Positions 25,356 to 38,063 of a stretch of 64,000 nt of DNA are shown here, piece after piece. A program made the position numbers and the translations under genes. The stretch covers positions 8,928,001 through 8,992,000 of the forward strand of contig OX597826.1 of assembly GCA_951406725.2 (NCBI GenBank), given 5' to 3'. How positions within the stretch are numbered: the stretch's first letter is position 1; each line of letters starts with the position of its first letter. Below the pieces are notes generated by a model. That model saw only the letters and a program-made list of their open reading frames with translations. It ran no database searches and was not told where the DNA came from. Origin of the DNA: Octopus vulgaris (taxonomy: Eukaryota).

Positions 25356-25619
25356 ATCAACCCCTATCTTTCACTACACCAGAAATGGCGGCATTTCACA
25401 AGCATCAATAAATCATTATTTTGCCTCTCCCTAATGACTGTCCCCTTCCTGCTCTTTTCCCTACGCTCCCCTCACTTCGTCGCTCACTTCCTCCCTCCCT
25501 TCCTCCCTCCCTCTGCATAGAGATAACCAACTGTCGATAAAGGCAGTCAGTGAGGGGAAGAGGGGTATATTTAGCAGAAGGCGAGGTGAAGGGCTGCGAT
25601 GCAATGGAGCTTTGTGTCG

Positions 25620-25633
25620 GTCACCTAGGTAAC
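25620..25633. promoter_or_regulatory. Candidate RFX X-box
   Basis: GTCACC-TA-GGTAAC matches GTNRCC(N0-3)RGYAAC, in a unique GC-richer island with GGTATATTTAG about 55 bp away. Confidence 0.4.
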
Positions 25634-25725
25634 AGCATCCCGTCACAATAATAAGCCCTAACTCCCTTCTCTCTTTGCTTTTACATCTTCAGATTACATC
25701 CCTTAGCGCTCGTTTGTGTTTGGAT

Positions 25726-25756
<31 letters not shown>

Positions 25757-26243
25757 ACACCCTCCCTCTCTTTCTCTACCTTTCTCTTTACACACCCTCC
25801 CTCCTTCCCTCTCTTTCTCCACCTCTCTCTTTACACAGACACACACACACACACATACATACATACATACATATATATATATAGAGAGAGAGAGACAGGG
25901 GTTGTATACATATTCTTTTATTCTTTTATTCTTTCATTCTTGTACTTGTTTCAGTCATTTGACTGCAGCGATGCTGGAGCACCGCCTTAAAGGGTCTTTT
26001 TTTTTAGCCGAAGAAATCAACCACAGATCTTATTCTTTGTAAGTTATGGGGGGCATAAACACACCAACATCGGTTGTCGAGCGATGTTGGGAGTACAAAC
26101 ATAGACAGAAATACATACACACACACACACACACATATATATATAACGGGAAGCTTTATGAAAATAAACAAAAGACGAAGGCAGGTGGAAAACAAACGAA
26201 CAATTGTATTAGTATGGCGCTCAGGAAATATAAATAAAACAAG

Positions 26244-26281
26244 TCTTTAACGTTTCGAGCCTACGCTCTTCAACAGAAAGA
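26244..26281 (-). ncRNA. Minimal hammerhead-like motif of the Neptune pLTR family (CUGUUGA core variant)
   Basis: TCTTT-CTGTTGA-A-GAGC-GTAG-GCTC-GAAAC-GTT-AAAGA. Sister copies at 5755-5793, 19374-19412, 44747-44782; more distant ones at 816-850 and 49133-49166. Confidence 0.6.
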
Positions 26282-26388
26282 TACACAAGAGAGAAAAACA
26301 CAGAAAGAAGGAGATATATATATATATATTATTGGTGAATTGAAGAAATGGAGCTGAACGAAGATTGAACAGAAATCGTTTTATTTCA

Positions 26389-26471
26389 TTCTACACGTGT
26401 TTCGAAAGGCACAATTTACCAAAATCCGATTGAATAATGAGACCATATTGTGTCTTTCTCTTCAGGAAGAA
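26389..26471 (-). ncRNA. Degenerate hammerhead motif with 12-bp helix II
   Basis: TTCTTC-CTGAAGA-GAAAGACACAAT...ATTGTGCCTTTC-GAAAC-ACGT-GTAGAA. The cleavage-site nucleotide appears lost. Confidence 0.55.
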
Positions 26472-26545
26472 ATAGGAAATCCGTTGGAAAAAACAAAAAC
26501 AGAACAGAGGCGGAGCAAAACAAATCGAATGCAAACCTATTTCAC

Positions 26546-26588
<43 letters not shown>

Positions 26589-27347
26589 TAATAAATAAAA
26601 TATATGCATACAATACATATATGTACGTACCTACATCTACATGTACATATACATGCATATATAAAGATATACGTGAGTACAGGACACCACAACTAGTCGT
26701 AGAACTCAACGAGAAACGAAAATGGAAAAACAAGCATGGAACAAACCATTTTTTTTACAACAGAAAAACAGAATACAAGACAAACTACACAAGGAAAAAT
26801 CCCCTTCATCAGCTGTCTCTAGTTCGACTCTAGCGTGTTTCGAAGGTAAGATAGAACACGACTCGTCGAAACTAGCCCTTCCTGCGAGAGAATTAAAATA
26901 AAATTACTTCGCAGAGGGGTAAAAACAAGAAAGAAAAAATATATAAAATGTAACACAAACAGGACGTAAAAACGATACAAATAAAAATACAAAATAAAAT
27001 ACAAGATAAAAATACATGTACAAGAAAATACAATACGAGAAATAAAAATAAACATGAAAACAAACGAAAAAGCCTTTTTCTGGCTTAGACGGAGGAGATT
27101 CTGGCAGCGCAAGGGAAAGCAAATGTGTGTTCACAGTTTGAAGGCCGCATGTAAAAAGGAAGTAGTTTTGGCTCGCAGTGACAAAGACACACACGCGACG
27201 GGCTTCTTTCAGTGTCCGCCTACCAAATCCACTCACAAAGCTTTGGTCGGCCCGAGGCTAATAGTAGAAGAAACTTCCCAAAGATGTCATGCAATGGGAT
27301 TGAACCCAGAACCATGAGACTGGGAAGCAAGCTTCTTACCACACAGC

Positions 27348-27420
<73 letters not shown>
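27348..27420. repeat. (AG)n microsatellite
   Basis: Direct inspection; preceded by a minus-strand SINE A 5' half (about 27195-27346). Confidence 0.95.
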
Positions 27421-27425
<5 letters not shown>

Positions 27426-28664
27426 CACACGAATGCATACACAGATACACACAGACACGGAAATGACAGAATTACTCATTTTATTTGAATTTTATTTCGT
27501 TTATTAGAATAATGGAATTAATTTTCGATAACATTCCTGTATTCCAGATTGTAAATTTACACCCGTTTAAAAGTTAATTAAATACAATAAAATAACTTTT
27601 TAGAAAATTTCTATGAGATGAAAGTAGTAACCACACAGAGGAGACTTAGACATCTGACTTCCTTGTTAATGTTAATATTTAGCCCCAGGTCAGAAACCGA
27701 TCGAAGATGGACTCGTCATGCCAATTCCGGCTTCAAAATCTTTTTGATACTAACCGCCCAAAATGTGTGTGTGTGTGTGACCCCCATCCCCACTATTTGA
27801 CGATAATTTTGACTTTCATTCGTTATTTTTTCCCCCTTTTCTTGTTCTAGTCATTAGACAGTAACGAGCCCTGAATTTTCTTTCTTTTTTATTTGCTGCA
27901 GTTACTAGACTGCGGCCATGCTGGGGCACCACCTTGAAGAATTTTTATGTATGGAATCCAGAATGTTTTTTTAAGCTTGATATATTTGGGTTTTTCTTTT
28001 TCCTTTGAACTTGTTAAATGAGTAGACTGCGGCCATGCTGGGACACCGGCTTGAAGAATTTTTGGTCGAATATATCGACCACAGAATTTTTTTTAGATGA
28101 TTTTCAACCAGCGCATGCACTTGAGCCTATGAGGTCTCTCCACATGCTAGAAATAACAGCCAGATCTCTTGGATTTTTTAAAATAATTTCACGTAAACAA
28201 AAACGGAAACCGCGATTACAAAAATAAAAAAAAACTTTTATTTTCCAAAATTCCAATTTTGAAGTAAGCAAACATATATTGAATCGAAAATAAATAAGTA
28301 GAATAGAATAACAAAACACAAGACTCTTTGTACATATTGCCTGGATTGTAACAAAATGGAAAGCATTTATTTCAAGAAATGTGTAGAAAGATAGAAACGA
28401 TAAGAAGTACGTTTGAACGACCAACCTTCGGCGCCATAATTCTGTTGGACCTTCAATGGTAGTCTATTTCATTCGCAAAATGAGCCCCCTTTATTTTGCT
28501 CAGATTGCTTTCAATTTTGGTGTATCGACGCAACTCTGAATTTTGATTACGATCAACCAATTACTTTATTGCGTAAATTAAAGAATATGATGTTATTTGG
28601 AATTAAAGTTGGGGAAATTTGGGTAATTTTAATCAATCAACAGACAGCGTGACATTAGCAGCTT

Positions 28665-28678
28665 GTTACCATGACAAC
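28665..28678. promoter_or_regulatory. Candidate RFX X-box
   Basis: GTTACC-AT-GACAAC, a near-palindromic X-box in unique CpG-containing sequence. Confidence 0.5.
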
Positions 28679-28811
28679 TGCACGCTGTGTTGTGTTTCAT
28701 TTTACCCGTGTCTGTGCCGCACGTTGCTCGGTGTTGATTCTTTACACCACGAGATTCTTTTCACTTGCGTATTTTGTTTTAATTTTTCTTTGTTAGTATA
28801 TTACATATTTT

Positions 28812-29239
28812 GGATCTTTTCGGTTTGAACGGCAGTTTTTTCTAGCGGTGTCATATGAAATTGTTACCCATAATTATGACCCTAGTATCGATCTATTGCA
28901 TTTCAATCTCTTTTAGGGTTAAGATTAGTTAGGGTTAGGGGTGGGGGGAAGGGTATCTTTTTTCTTCACAAATGTAAATAAACCTAATCTGTTTCTTAAA
29001 CGAGGGACATATTCATACGGCACAGAATGTTTTTTTACCTCAATAGACGTCAGTGAGTGGTTGAAATTGCAGAAATTGAAGGGGAAAAAACAACAAATAT
29101 CTTACAATCTATAGAATTTTCTCAATAAAGCCAAGAGAAAAAGATGTTTTATAAACACATTCTACCAGTATACGAAGTTTAAAATTTTTTAGTTACCTAG
29201 AAATTATGTTAAAAACTGCCGTTCAAACTGAAAAGATCC
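28812..29239. mobile_element. Merlin-like TTAGGG-containing MITE (second copy)
   Basis: Highly similar to 23021-23439 with the same TIRs. Confidence 0.85.
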
Positions 29240-29549
29240 ATTTTTGGGACTCATTGACTCAGATAGTTGGATTTATAATTTCACTAGGTATCTATTCATT
29301 AAAATTTAGCTTCACATTTCAACAGTTTGACTGAAATTTAGCCCACGTAGCAGGAACTGAGAGAGAGAGATATCATGGAACAGAGAAACTGTGGGTGATA
29401 CAAATAATTTGACATTATTTCTGAATTCTGCATGCAAAAACATATAGGATACAGGTATTCTTTTCCTTGGGACAAATTCTTTGTTGACCAGTGTTGAAAC
29501 GCTGTTTGATTTTTCTTTTCAGCGTTGAATGTTCACCATTCCACTTCCA

Positions 29550-29591
<42 letters not shown>

Positions 29592-29898
29592 TCACACAGA
29601 GTTGAAATGCTGTTTGATTTTTCCCACCCTTCCCTTCCTTTATTCATCTATCACCCCTTCCTTTTTCATTCATATGTTGTGACGGAGAAAAACACAAGAG
29701 TATAATTATAGTAGATGTATATATTATTTTCGATAAATAATATACAAGTATAATTTATAGAATATAATACATGAACACGCTAAAATCATGTCTGCATAGT
29801 AATGTGTACCTTATTGGGAGGGAAATGTACCACGAAATCAGGAAGCAAAATGTGGTGGGGAAAATTTGAAAAGAAAGAATTTTGTTTAAAACCAAACT

Positions 29899-30645
29899 TG
29901 ATCTTCTCGGTTTGAACGGCAGTTTTTAAAAATAATTTCTATGTAACTAAACACTTTTAAACTTCGTATACTGGTAGAATGTGTTTATAAAACATCTTTT
30001 TCTCTTGGCTTTCTTGAGAAAATTTTGTAGTTTGTAAGATATTTTCTTCAATTTTGGTAATCTCAACCAATCAATGACGTCTATTGAGGTGAAAACATTA
30101 TCTACCGTAAAATTTTCTGGCGGTGAAATATGAAAATGTCCCTCGTTTAAGAAACAGATTGGGTTTATTTACATTTCTGAAGAAAAAAATATACCCTTCC
30201 CCCCACCCCTAACCCTAACATTAACCCTAACCCTAACCCTAACCCTAAAACAGATTGAAATGCAATAGATCGATACTAGGGTCATAATTATGGGTGGACA
30301 CTAAAGAGGGAGCGGTTTTGTTATCCAGCTCTGTTTACGAGTGACCCCTCAGTTTATGGCCACAGGGTATCTTTTTTCTCATAAAAAACAGGGACATTTT
30401 CATATGACGCCGCCATAAAATGTTACGGCAGAAATCGTTTTCATCTCAATAGACGTCATTGATTGGTTGAAATTGCCAAAATGCAAGAAATTAAAGACGA
30501 AATATGTTACAAACTATAGAATTTTCTCAAGAAAGCCGAGAGAAAAAGATGTTTTATAAACACATTCTACCAGTATACGAAGTTTAAAATTTTTTAGTTA
30601 CATAGAAATTATTTTTAAAAGCTGCCGTTAAAACCGAAAAAATCC
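29899..30645. mobile_element. Longer member of the same MITE family with about 250-bp inverted arms
   Basis: 29900-30150 is inverted at about 30390-30645; internal (CCCTAA)n at 30206-30248. Confidence 0.8.
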
Positions 30646-31307
30646 CACAAATTTTTCACAATCGTAATTCTTATTGCATGAAACACAAGAAATACTAAAA
30701 AAAAAAATGAAGGAAGTGAGATAGTCTTTCCGAATGTCCTTCCATGTTATAGTTTGTGTGTATAGTATTAAGGTCAACCCTGTATTCTTCTGATTTCATT
30801 GAGAGAAAACCACTTCTCTTTATCTCTCGTACGCACGCACGAAGGCACACATGTGGGCGTTGAACCTACTTGAAATAACAGTGAAACTCTTTTAAATTAA
30901 ACTCTGCAATTTTAAAAATATGAAAGGCACATTAAATGCTAATGGTCGAAAGTCATAGCTATTTCTGACGTAAGTTGGTTGTTGTCAGTAAATCTAGCAC
31001 ATGGGTTAATCTTTGCTTTTGTGAGTGTGTTATTAGATTTGGAAACGAATCACGACCAGGTTATATCAAGATACTAAAAGAACAGAATTAGTATGAAGAA
31101 AATCAGTTTCAGGTGAGGAATTTTTCACCAACGAACACAGAATGTGATTTCGTGGAATGCCGTTGATTACCCTGCCGTTATCACGCCATCTGTCCGGTGT
31201 CATATCATGATGCAATTATAGTGTGCACTACTAATCACAATATTTCATAATACTGAAAATTAGTTTCCCATTATGATCTTCGAGCTTTAATATTTATGAC
31301 GATTATA

Positions 31308-31490
31308 AAGTGGCGAGTTGGCAGAATCGTTAGCTCACGTCCGTCTTTACATTCTGAGTTCAAATGCTGCCAAGGTAGACTTCGCCTTTCATCCTTTCGG
31401 GGTCGATAAAATAAGTACCAGTTCAGCCCTGGGGTCGATGTAATCGACTTACCCACGAAATTCTTGGCCTAGTGCCAAAATTTGGTATTA
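31308..31490 (+). mobile_element. SINE family B
   Basis: GTGGCGAGTTGGCAGAATCGTTAGC head and CCTTTCATCCTTTCGGGGTCGATAAA body. Confidence 0.8.
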
Positions 31491-32109
31491 ATATTTATGA
31501 TGATTATACTGTCTTTGGTAGGTAAGAGCCTAATCAACATACCTAACACATATACATAGCAGGAATGTAAAACCCTCTACCTAGTCGCTCGGCCGACAAA
31601 ACATAAAAGCTAACTTTTCCTCAAACCACACCATATTGTCCTAACAAGAAGAGGAAAAGAACCATTGGATAATTTTGTCCAGGATGTACGATACCAGATC
31701 CTTACGATTTCGTTAGCTTTGTCTGATTTTGATATACCTGTACAAGTGTGCTTCCTCACCCCTCGACTTTGTTTCCTCATAACTTCCAGAAAAATGGATA
31801 TTTTTTTAAAATGAAATTTTCTAGAAATGCTTTTCAGTTCAGATAGTGTAGATAACCACAGTGATTACATCGCATTTTAATATGAAAAAAAAAAGAAAAA
31901 TAAGAAAATAAATGGTGGTCACACATAAACACTCATGACATCATATAATCATCTACAAAATGAAACTTAACATTTTGAAACATGCGATGTGTGTCAGTGT
32001 ATCCAGGTAAAAAAAAAGTCACAGGGAAGAACTCAAATGTAATGCTATCGTATATAAAGTGTTGACAATATGTACAAGTCATGTATTATCAGTTAATAAC
32101 TGATTTAAA

Positions 32110-32482
32110 ATATTTTCTGTTTTATGGTACTTTAATAAATAATTTTCGTTTATGGTTCTTTAATAAATATTTTTGTTTATGGTACTTTCGTTTGTGGTAC
32201 TTTAATAAATATTTTCGTTTATGGTACTTTCGTTTGTGGTACTTTAATAAATATTTTCGTTTATGGTACTTTCGTTTGTGGTACTTTAATAAATATTTTC
32301 GTTTATGGTACTTTCGTTTGTATTTAATAAATATTTTTATGGTACTTTCGTTTGTGGTACTTTAATAAATATTTTCGTTTATGGTACTTTCGTTTGTGGT
32401 ACTTTAATAAATATTTTCGTTTATGGTACTTTCGTTTGTGGTACTTTAATAAATATTTTCGTTTATGGTACTTTAATAAATT
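32110..32482. repeat. 42-bp minisatellite built from 15/16-bp subunits
   Basis: Unit TTTTCGTTTATGGTACTTTCGTTTGTGGTACTTTAATAAATA repeated about 8 times. Lies between inverted arms at about 31755-31840 and 32720-32800. Confidence 0.95.
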
Positions 32483-34209
32483 GTAATTGACTTGGATAAT
32501 TTTGTTTGATTACCTGACTTTTTTTCTTAGACAAAATTGTGACCTTTTTTTCTATGACTTTAGTATCGGCTACCATAAATTAATTGTAACATTTTATTTC
32601 CAAGTCAAAACTGTGACATTTTCCCGTGACTTTATTACCGGTCACGGTGTCAGTATGAATGTACTGATTCACGCCATTTTTTTTTCACTTTAAATTCTGG
32701 TAGAATCGTAATCTACATTATCTGAAAATTATTTGTAGAAAATATCGTTTTAAAATATACATTTTTTTCTCAAAGTTATAAAGAAACAAAGTCGGTGGGA
32801 GCGCTTTAAAAACACTTATAACATATTCAGAACGCTATTTCAGAAAATTATTTCCGTTCTCTTTGAGCATACAATTATTAGGGCAAAATGAATAAGACGA
32901 GATAAAGTAAATCTACCTCTTTATTTCTTCAGAATTACATTTGAGAAAAGACTCATACATGTCAATATTCATCCTTTGGACATCAGAAAGATCAGAAATG
33001 CAACAAAAATTTCAAATATCTAAGTCAAATGAGAGGATCACGGAAAAATGGCACATATGAAATTTAAGGAAACTGAATAAATCTAAAAACTCAACATAAA
33101 ATATTCTCTATAGCTTCTTCCCGATCTGCTGAAATGGCTCTCTCTCTCTTCGTGATATATTTACGTCTCATGCAGTTAAATGGACAAAATTATCGAAATT
33201 AATCATTACTCATTTTACCCCACATTCGACATGTTTAGGAAATTAACAAAATTTGCATGAGTGTGTGTGTGTGGGGGGGGGGATGAGTTGGAATCCAACT
33301 AAGAAAAGAATTTTGATTGTAAAAAACCAAAAATATCCAGATATTTTATTAGCAACCTCAATTACAATGGGGGTCAAAGTTAAGGGAAAATTTCTTGAAA
33401 AAAAATATGAAAAATATCTGTCATTCGACTGTTTCGAACTCTCAACCTCAACATCATCTATGCCGACTAGTTTTTACTTCTAAATATGATGCAACAGTAC
33501 AAAATAATGATGCAATACTTGCAAACAAATAGGGAGAAAATAACAAGAAATCAGAAATTTCTCATTTTGTCCCAGTTACTAATTTTGCCCCACCTCCATA
33601 TATATATTTGAGGGAATATTAATCCTAACTTACAAGGGAAGAAATTCAATTTAGAAATACTAAATCAAATTTCACACAATATAATATATAATATAATATA
33701 TATATATATATAAAATTAGAAGAAAAAAACACCTTTTATCAATTCAAAAGGAACAATTAAATTACACCATCTAGAAAATTAAATATTAAAATTAAAATAA
33801 CAATAAAATACCAATGATCAAGTAAATTGCAAAAAGATAATATAAACGTATATAATTGGTGCAATTGTCGTCTGCTCCAATGGAAAACAATGGAGTCGAT
33901 ACAAGCGCCGGAACATCCAGATGACCGTCACATGTACCACACACACACATACATACACACATACACACATACACACACACACACACACTCTCTCTCTCTC
34001 ATCATACGCGAGTATTCATACTTGGTACATACGACCGTCAACTAAATTGAGCCCTTTGTAATTGAGGTTGCTAATAAAATATCTGGATATTTTTGGTGTT
34101 TTACAACCAATTATATACGTTTTTATTATTTTTTTTGCAATTTACTTAGTCATTGGTATTTTATTATTATTTTAATTTTAATATTTCTATTATATAGGAG
34201 TATTATATA

Positions 34210-34371
34210 GGCGTAGGAGTGGCTGTGTGGTAAGTAGCTTGCTTACCAACCACATGGTTCCGGGTTCAGTCCCACTGCATGGCACCTTGGGCAAGTGTCT
34301 TCTACTATAGCCTCGGGCCGACCAAAGCCTTGTGAGTGGATTTGGTAGACGGAAACTGAAAGAAGCCCGTC

Positions 34372-34440
<69 letters not shown>

Positions 34441-34657
34441 GCGTGTGTATGTGTTTGTGTGTCTGTTTGTCCCCCTAGCATTGCTTGACAACCGATGCTG
34501 GTGTGTTTATGTCCCCGTCACTTAGCGGTTCGGCAAAATAGACCGATAGAATAAGTACTGGGCTTACAAAAAAGAATAAGTCCCGCGGTTGAGTTGCTCG
34601 ATTAAAGGCGGTGCTCCAGCATGGCCGCAGTGAAATGACTGAGACAAGTAAAAGAGA
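34210..34657 (+). mobile_element. SINE family A, full-length reference copy with internal (TA)n
   Basis: A-box TGGCTGTGTGG, B-box GGTTCAGTCCC, CORE-like ACCTTGGGCAAGT, internal microsatellite, 3' GCTCCAGCATGGCCGCAG...ACAAGTAAAAGAG. Confidence 0.9.
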
Positions 34658-35319
34658 ATATATATATATATATACATGTATGTATGTATGTATGTATGTA
34701 TGTATGTATGTATGTATGTGCGTGCATGTGTGTGTGTGTGTGATACGCTGTGCAATATATGCGAGTGTATGTGTTTGAGGAAGTATATGTATGTGTGTGT
34801 TGTTCGTATTTACATTCGGAAGCGTGGGTAAATATACTTGTGTGTGATAATGTCTGTATATACGTGCCAGCCTGTTTAAATGGGTTTTCTCGCAGCGGTG
34901 TGTGCGTATATTTGTGTGTATGTGTGCGAGAGTGTACGTATGTATGTATGTAATGTGTGTGTATTTGTGATGGTGTGACTGTGCATACATGTGTTATTCG
35001 AATGTGTGAATGTGTATATATATATATGTGTGCGTTTGTGGTACTTTACATATATGTGAATGTGTATATATGTGAGCATGTATACATGCGTATGTGCTAT
35101 GTATGAATCCGCACGTATGAGTGTGTGTGTGTGTATGTGTATGTATGAGTGTGTGTGTATGTGTGCGTGTGTGTATGTGTATCTATGAAAGTGTGTGTCT
35201 ATGTGTATGTATGTGTATGTGTGGTACATGTGACGGTCATCTGGATGTTCCGGCGCTTGTATCGACGCCATTGCTTTCCATTGGAGCAGACGACAATTGC
35301 ACCTGTCACATAATATATA

Positions 35320-35992
35320 CACTCTTCCCTCTACCCTATTACGCCCTCCTCATTTTCTCTGCTTTTGACTTAAGAATCACATCAATCACTCATGTGATTT
35401 TCCTCCTCCTCTTTCTCTCCTCCCCCTCCTCATTCTCTTTTTTCCCCTCCTCTCTTCTTCCTTTCTTCTTCCTCTCTTTCCCTTTCATCTCGTCTTCTTC
35501 TTTCCTTGTCCTTCTTTCTCTCCTTCTCCTCCTCATTCTCTTCCTTTCCCCTCCTCTCTTTTCCTTTCATCTCATCTTCCTCCTGCCTTGTCCTCCTTCC
35601 CCTCCTCATTCCTCTTCCTCTCCTTCCCTTTCTTCTCGTCTTCCTCCTTCCTTGTCCTTCTCCATTCTCTCCTTCTGCTCCTCATTCCTCTTCCTTTCCC
35701 TTCTCATTCCTTTCCTCCTCCGTCCTTCTCTTCACTCCTTGCGTTCCCCATTCTTCCTCCCCCTTCCTCCTCCTCCCATCTTCCTTTCCCCCAGCTCCTT
35801 CGTCTCCTCCTCTACTTTCCCTCTTCCCCCAGCTCCTTCGTCTCCTCCTCTCTTCTTCCTCCTCCTTTCCATTTTCATCCCTTCCCCCTCCCTTCTTCCT
35901 TCCTCCAGCTCCTTCGCCTCCTCCTCTACTTTCCCTCTTCCTCCAGCTCCTTCGTCTCCTCCTCTACCTTCCCTCTTCCTCCAGCTTTCTCT
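35320..35992. repeat. Polypyrimidine (CCT/CT) tract with internal duplication
   Basis: About 670 bp, almost purine-free; CCAGCTCCTTCG(T/C)CTCCTCCTCT occurs four times. Confidence 0.9.
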
Positions 35993-36669
35993 AATGTCGA
36001 CAGTTTAACGCGAACCTCCATTTTATCTCTCTTTATCCATTCCATACAAACCAAACGACATACTTAAGGAGTTTATTTATTGACTATTTGTTAATGGCAT
36101 TGATCAAGAATATTACCAAATTGGAACGTTCTGCAGTTAGTTGACTTTTAAGTCCTTTTCCTCCGCGAAGACTGCATGAAAAATGTCGGTAAGTAATAAT
36201 TGAATATTCTAACTTATTCTAAATTCCACTCATTTTAAATTCTACCTGTTCAAAATTCCGTCAATTCTAAATTCTACCAAAGTGTAAATTTTGTCTGTAA
36301 ATTCTATAATTACCAATTTTAATATATTTTTAAAGTATGAGAAAAAAATTGGTGCTTGTCCAATATAGCAGCAAATCAAAATGTCCTTTGATTAGATAAT
36401 CCATGAATTAAATGGCTAAGTTCAGTTTCATACGAGACTGAATTGAACGTAGAAGAAAACCTTTCGATTTTCTTAATACCGTAAAAGAAAAACGAAAAAG
36501 AAAAAACCAAGTTTGTCTCCTCCCGAATTTTAATAAATTAATTCCCAGATAAATCATTAGATCAGACATGTTGGTTAGTGACTTGGAGGAATTTCGAACA
36601 TTTAAGATTTGATCGTGGGACTCGCTAATTACTTGAGATATTTTGTTAATATGTTAAGTGTAATATATA

Positions 36670-37564
36670 TTTCTTTACTACCCACAAGGAGCTAAACATA
36701 GAAGGGACAAACAAGGACAGACAAACGGATTAAGTCGATTACATCGACCCCAGTGCGAAACTGGTACTTTATTTATCGACCCCGAAAGGATGAAAGGCAA
36801 AGTCGACCTCGGCGGAATTTGAACTCAGAACGTAACGACAGACGAAATACCTATTTCTTTACTACCCACCATAGGCTAAACACAAGGGATAAACAAGGAC
36901 AGACAAACAGATTAAGTCGATTATATCGACCCCGAAAGGATGAAAGGCAAAGTCGACCTCGGCGGAATTTGAACTCAGAACGTAACGACAGACGAAATAC
37001 CTATTTCTTTACTACCCACCATGGGCTAAACACAAGGGATAAACAAGGGCAGACAAACGGATTAAGTCGATTATATCGACCCCGAAAGGATGAAAGGCAA
37101 AGTCGACCTCGGCGGAATTTGAACTCAGAACGTAACGACAGACGAAATACCTATTTCTTTACTACCCACCAGGGGCTAAACACAAGGGATAAACAAGGAC
37201 AGACAAACGGATTAAGTCGATTATATCAACCCCAGTACACAACTGGTACTTTATTTATCGACCCCAAAAGGATGAAAGGCAAAGTCGACCTCGGCGGAAT
37301 TTGAACTCAGAACGTAACGACAGACGAAATACCTATTTCTTTACTACCCACAAGGGGCTAAACACGGAGAGGACAAACAAGGACAGACAAACGGATCAAG
37401 TCGATTATATCGACCCCAGCGTGAACCTGGTACTTTATTCATCGACCCCAAAAGGATGAAAGGCAGTTCGACCTCGGCGGAATTCGAACTCAGAACGTAA
37501 CGACAGATGAAATACCGCTAAGCATTTCGCCCGGCGCGCTAACGTTTCTGCCAGCTCGCCGCCC
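36670..37564 (-). mobile_element. SINE B concatemer: one head plus four headless units, bounded by one 16-bp TSD
   Basis: Junctions near 36851, 37001, 37151 and 37333; TTAAGTGTAATATATA at 36654-36669 and 37567-37582. Confidence 0.92.
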
Positions 37565-37821
37565 TATTAAGTGTAATATATACAAAGTCAAATGGTGGGA
37601 AGCAAAAAGCAATTTTAAATCTATGAAGGAATGGGCAAGCTGCGATGTTGAGGACATGTAGATTCAGAAATTTAGTGCTGAATCCTTTTTTCTGTTGTAC
37701 AACCAAATTGCTTTCGCAGTTTATCCTTTGTAACAAGACATTTTTTTTTACCTCTTTTTAAATAAATTTTAAGCGATCTTTAAGGAGATTTAAGTATCAA
37801 AATCAAATTAGCTGATTTATC

Positions 37822-38063
37822 GGTACTACTTAAGACGAGTGGTCCCGGTGCGCGCACTCGCGTATTGGCGCATCCGCGCTAGCTAGTCGTGACTAGTCGA
37901 TCCTACAATGACTACCTAGCAAAGAAAATATTACACAAAATAAATAATTTTTTTTACACAAAGTAAATAAAACCCAAAAACCGAAAGTAAGGATCAACTA
38001 GTCACGACTAGCTAGCGCGGATGCGCGAGTACGCGAGTGCGCGCACTGTTCTGAAGTAGTACC
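37822..38063. mobile_element. Young CpG-rich fold-back MITE, Merlin-like
   Basis: Ends GGTACTACTT/AAGTAGTACC, about 60-bp internal inverted arms, perfect 8-bp TSD GATTTATC (37814-37821 and 38064-38071). Confidence 0.88.

Noticed and set aside
26800-26890. Further tandem hammerhead-like motifs on the minus strand
   Set aside because: One core is heavily mutated (CGCAGGA) and the other lacks a following GAAA; too degenerate to call.
30206-30248. Telomere or chromosome fusion scar
   Set aside because: The few CCCTAA units are internal to a MITE present in several copies.
32110-32482. CRISPR-like array
   Set aside because: Pure tandem units with no unique spacers, eukaryotic context and no cas genes.
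35121-36067. 295-aa hydrophobic S/P/L/F ORF
   Set aside because: Product of a polypyrimidine tract, open in all three frames.
36753-37304. 183-aa repetitive ORF
   Set aside because: Antisense read-through of 150-bp SINE units; the same peptide appears at most SINE B copies.
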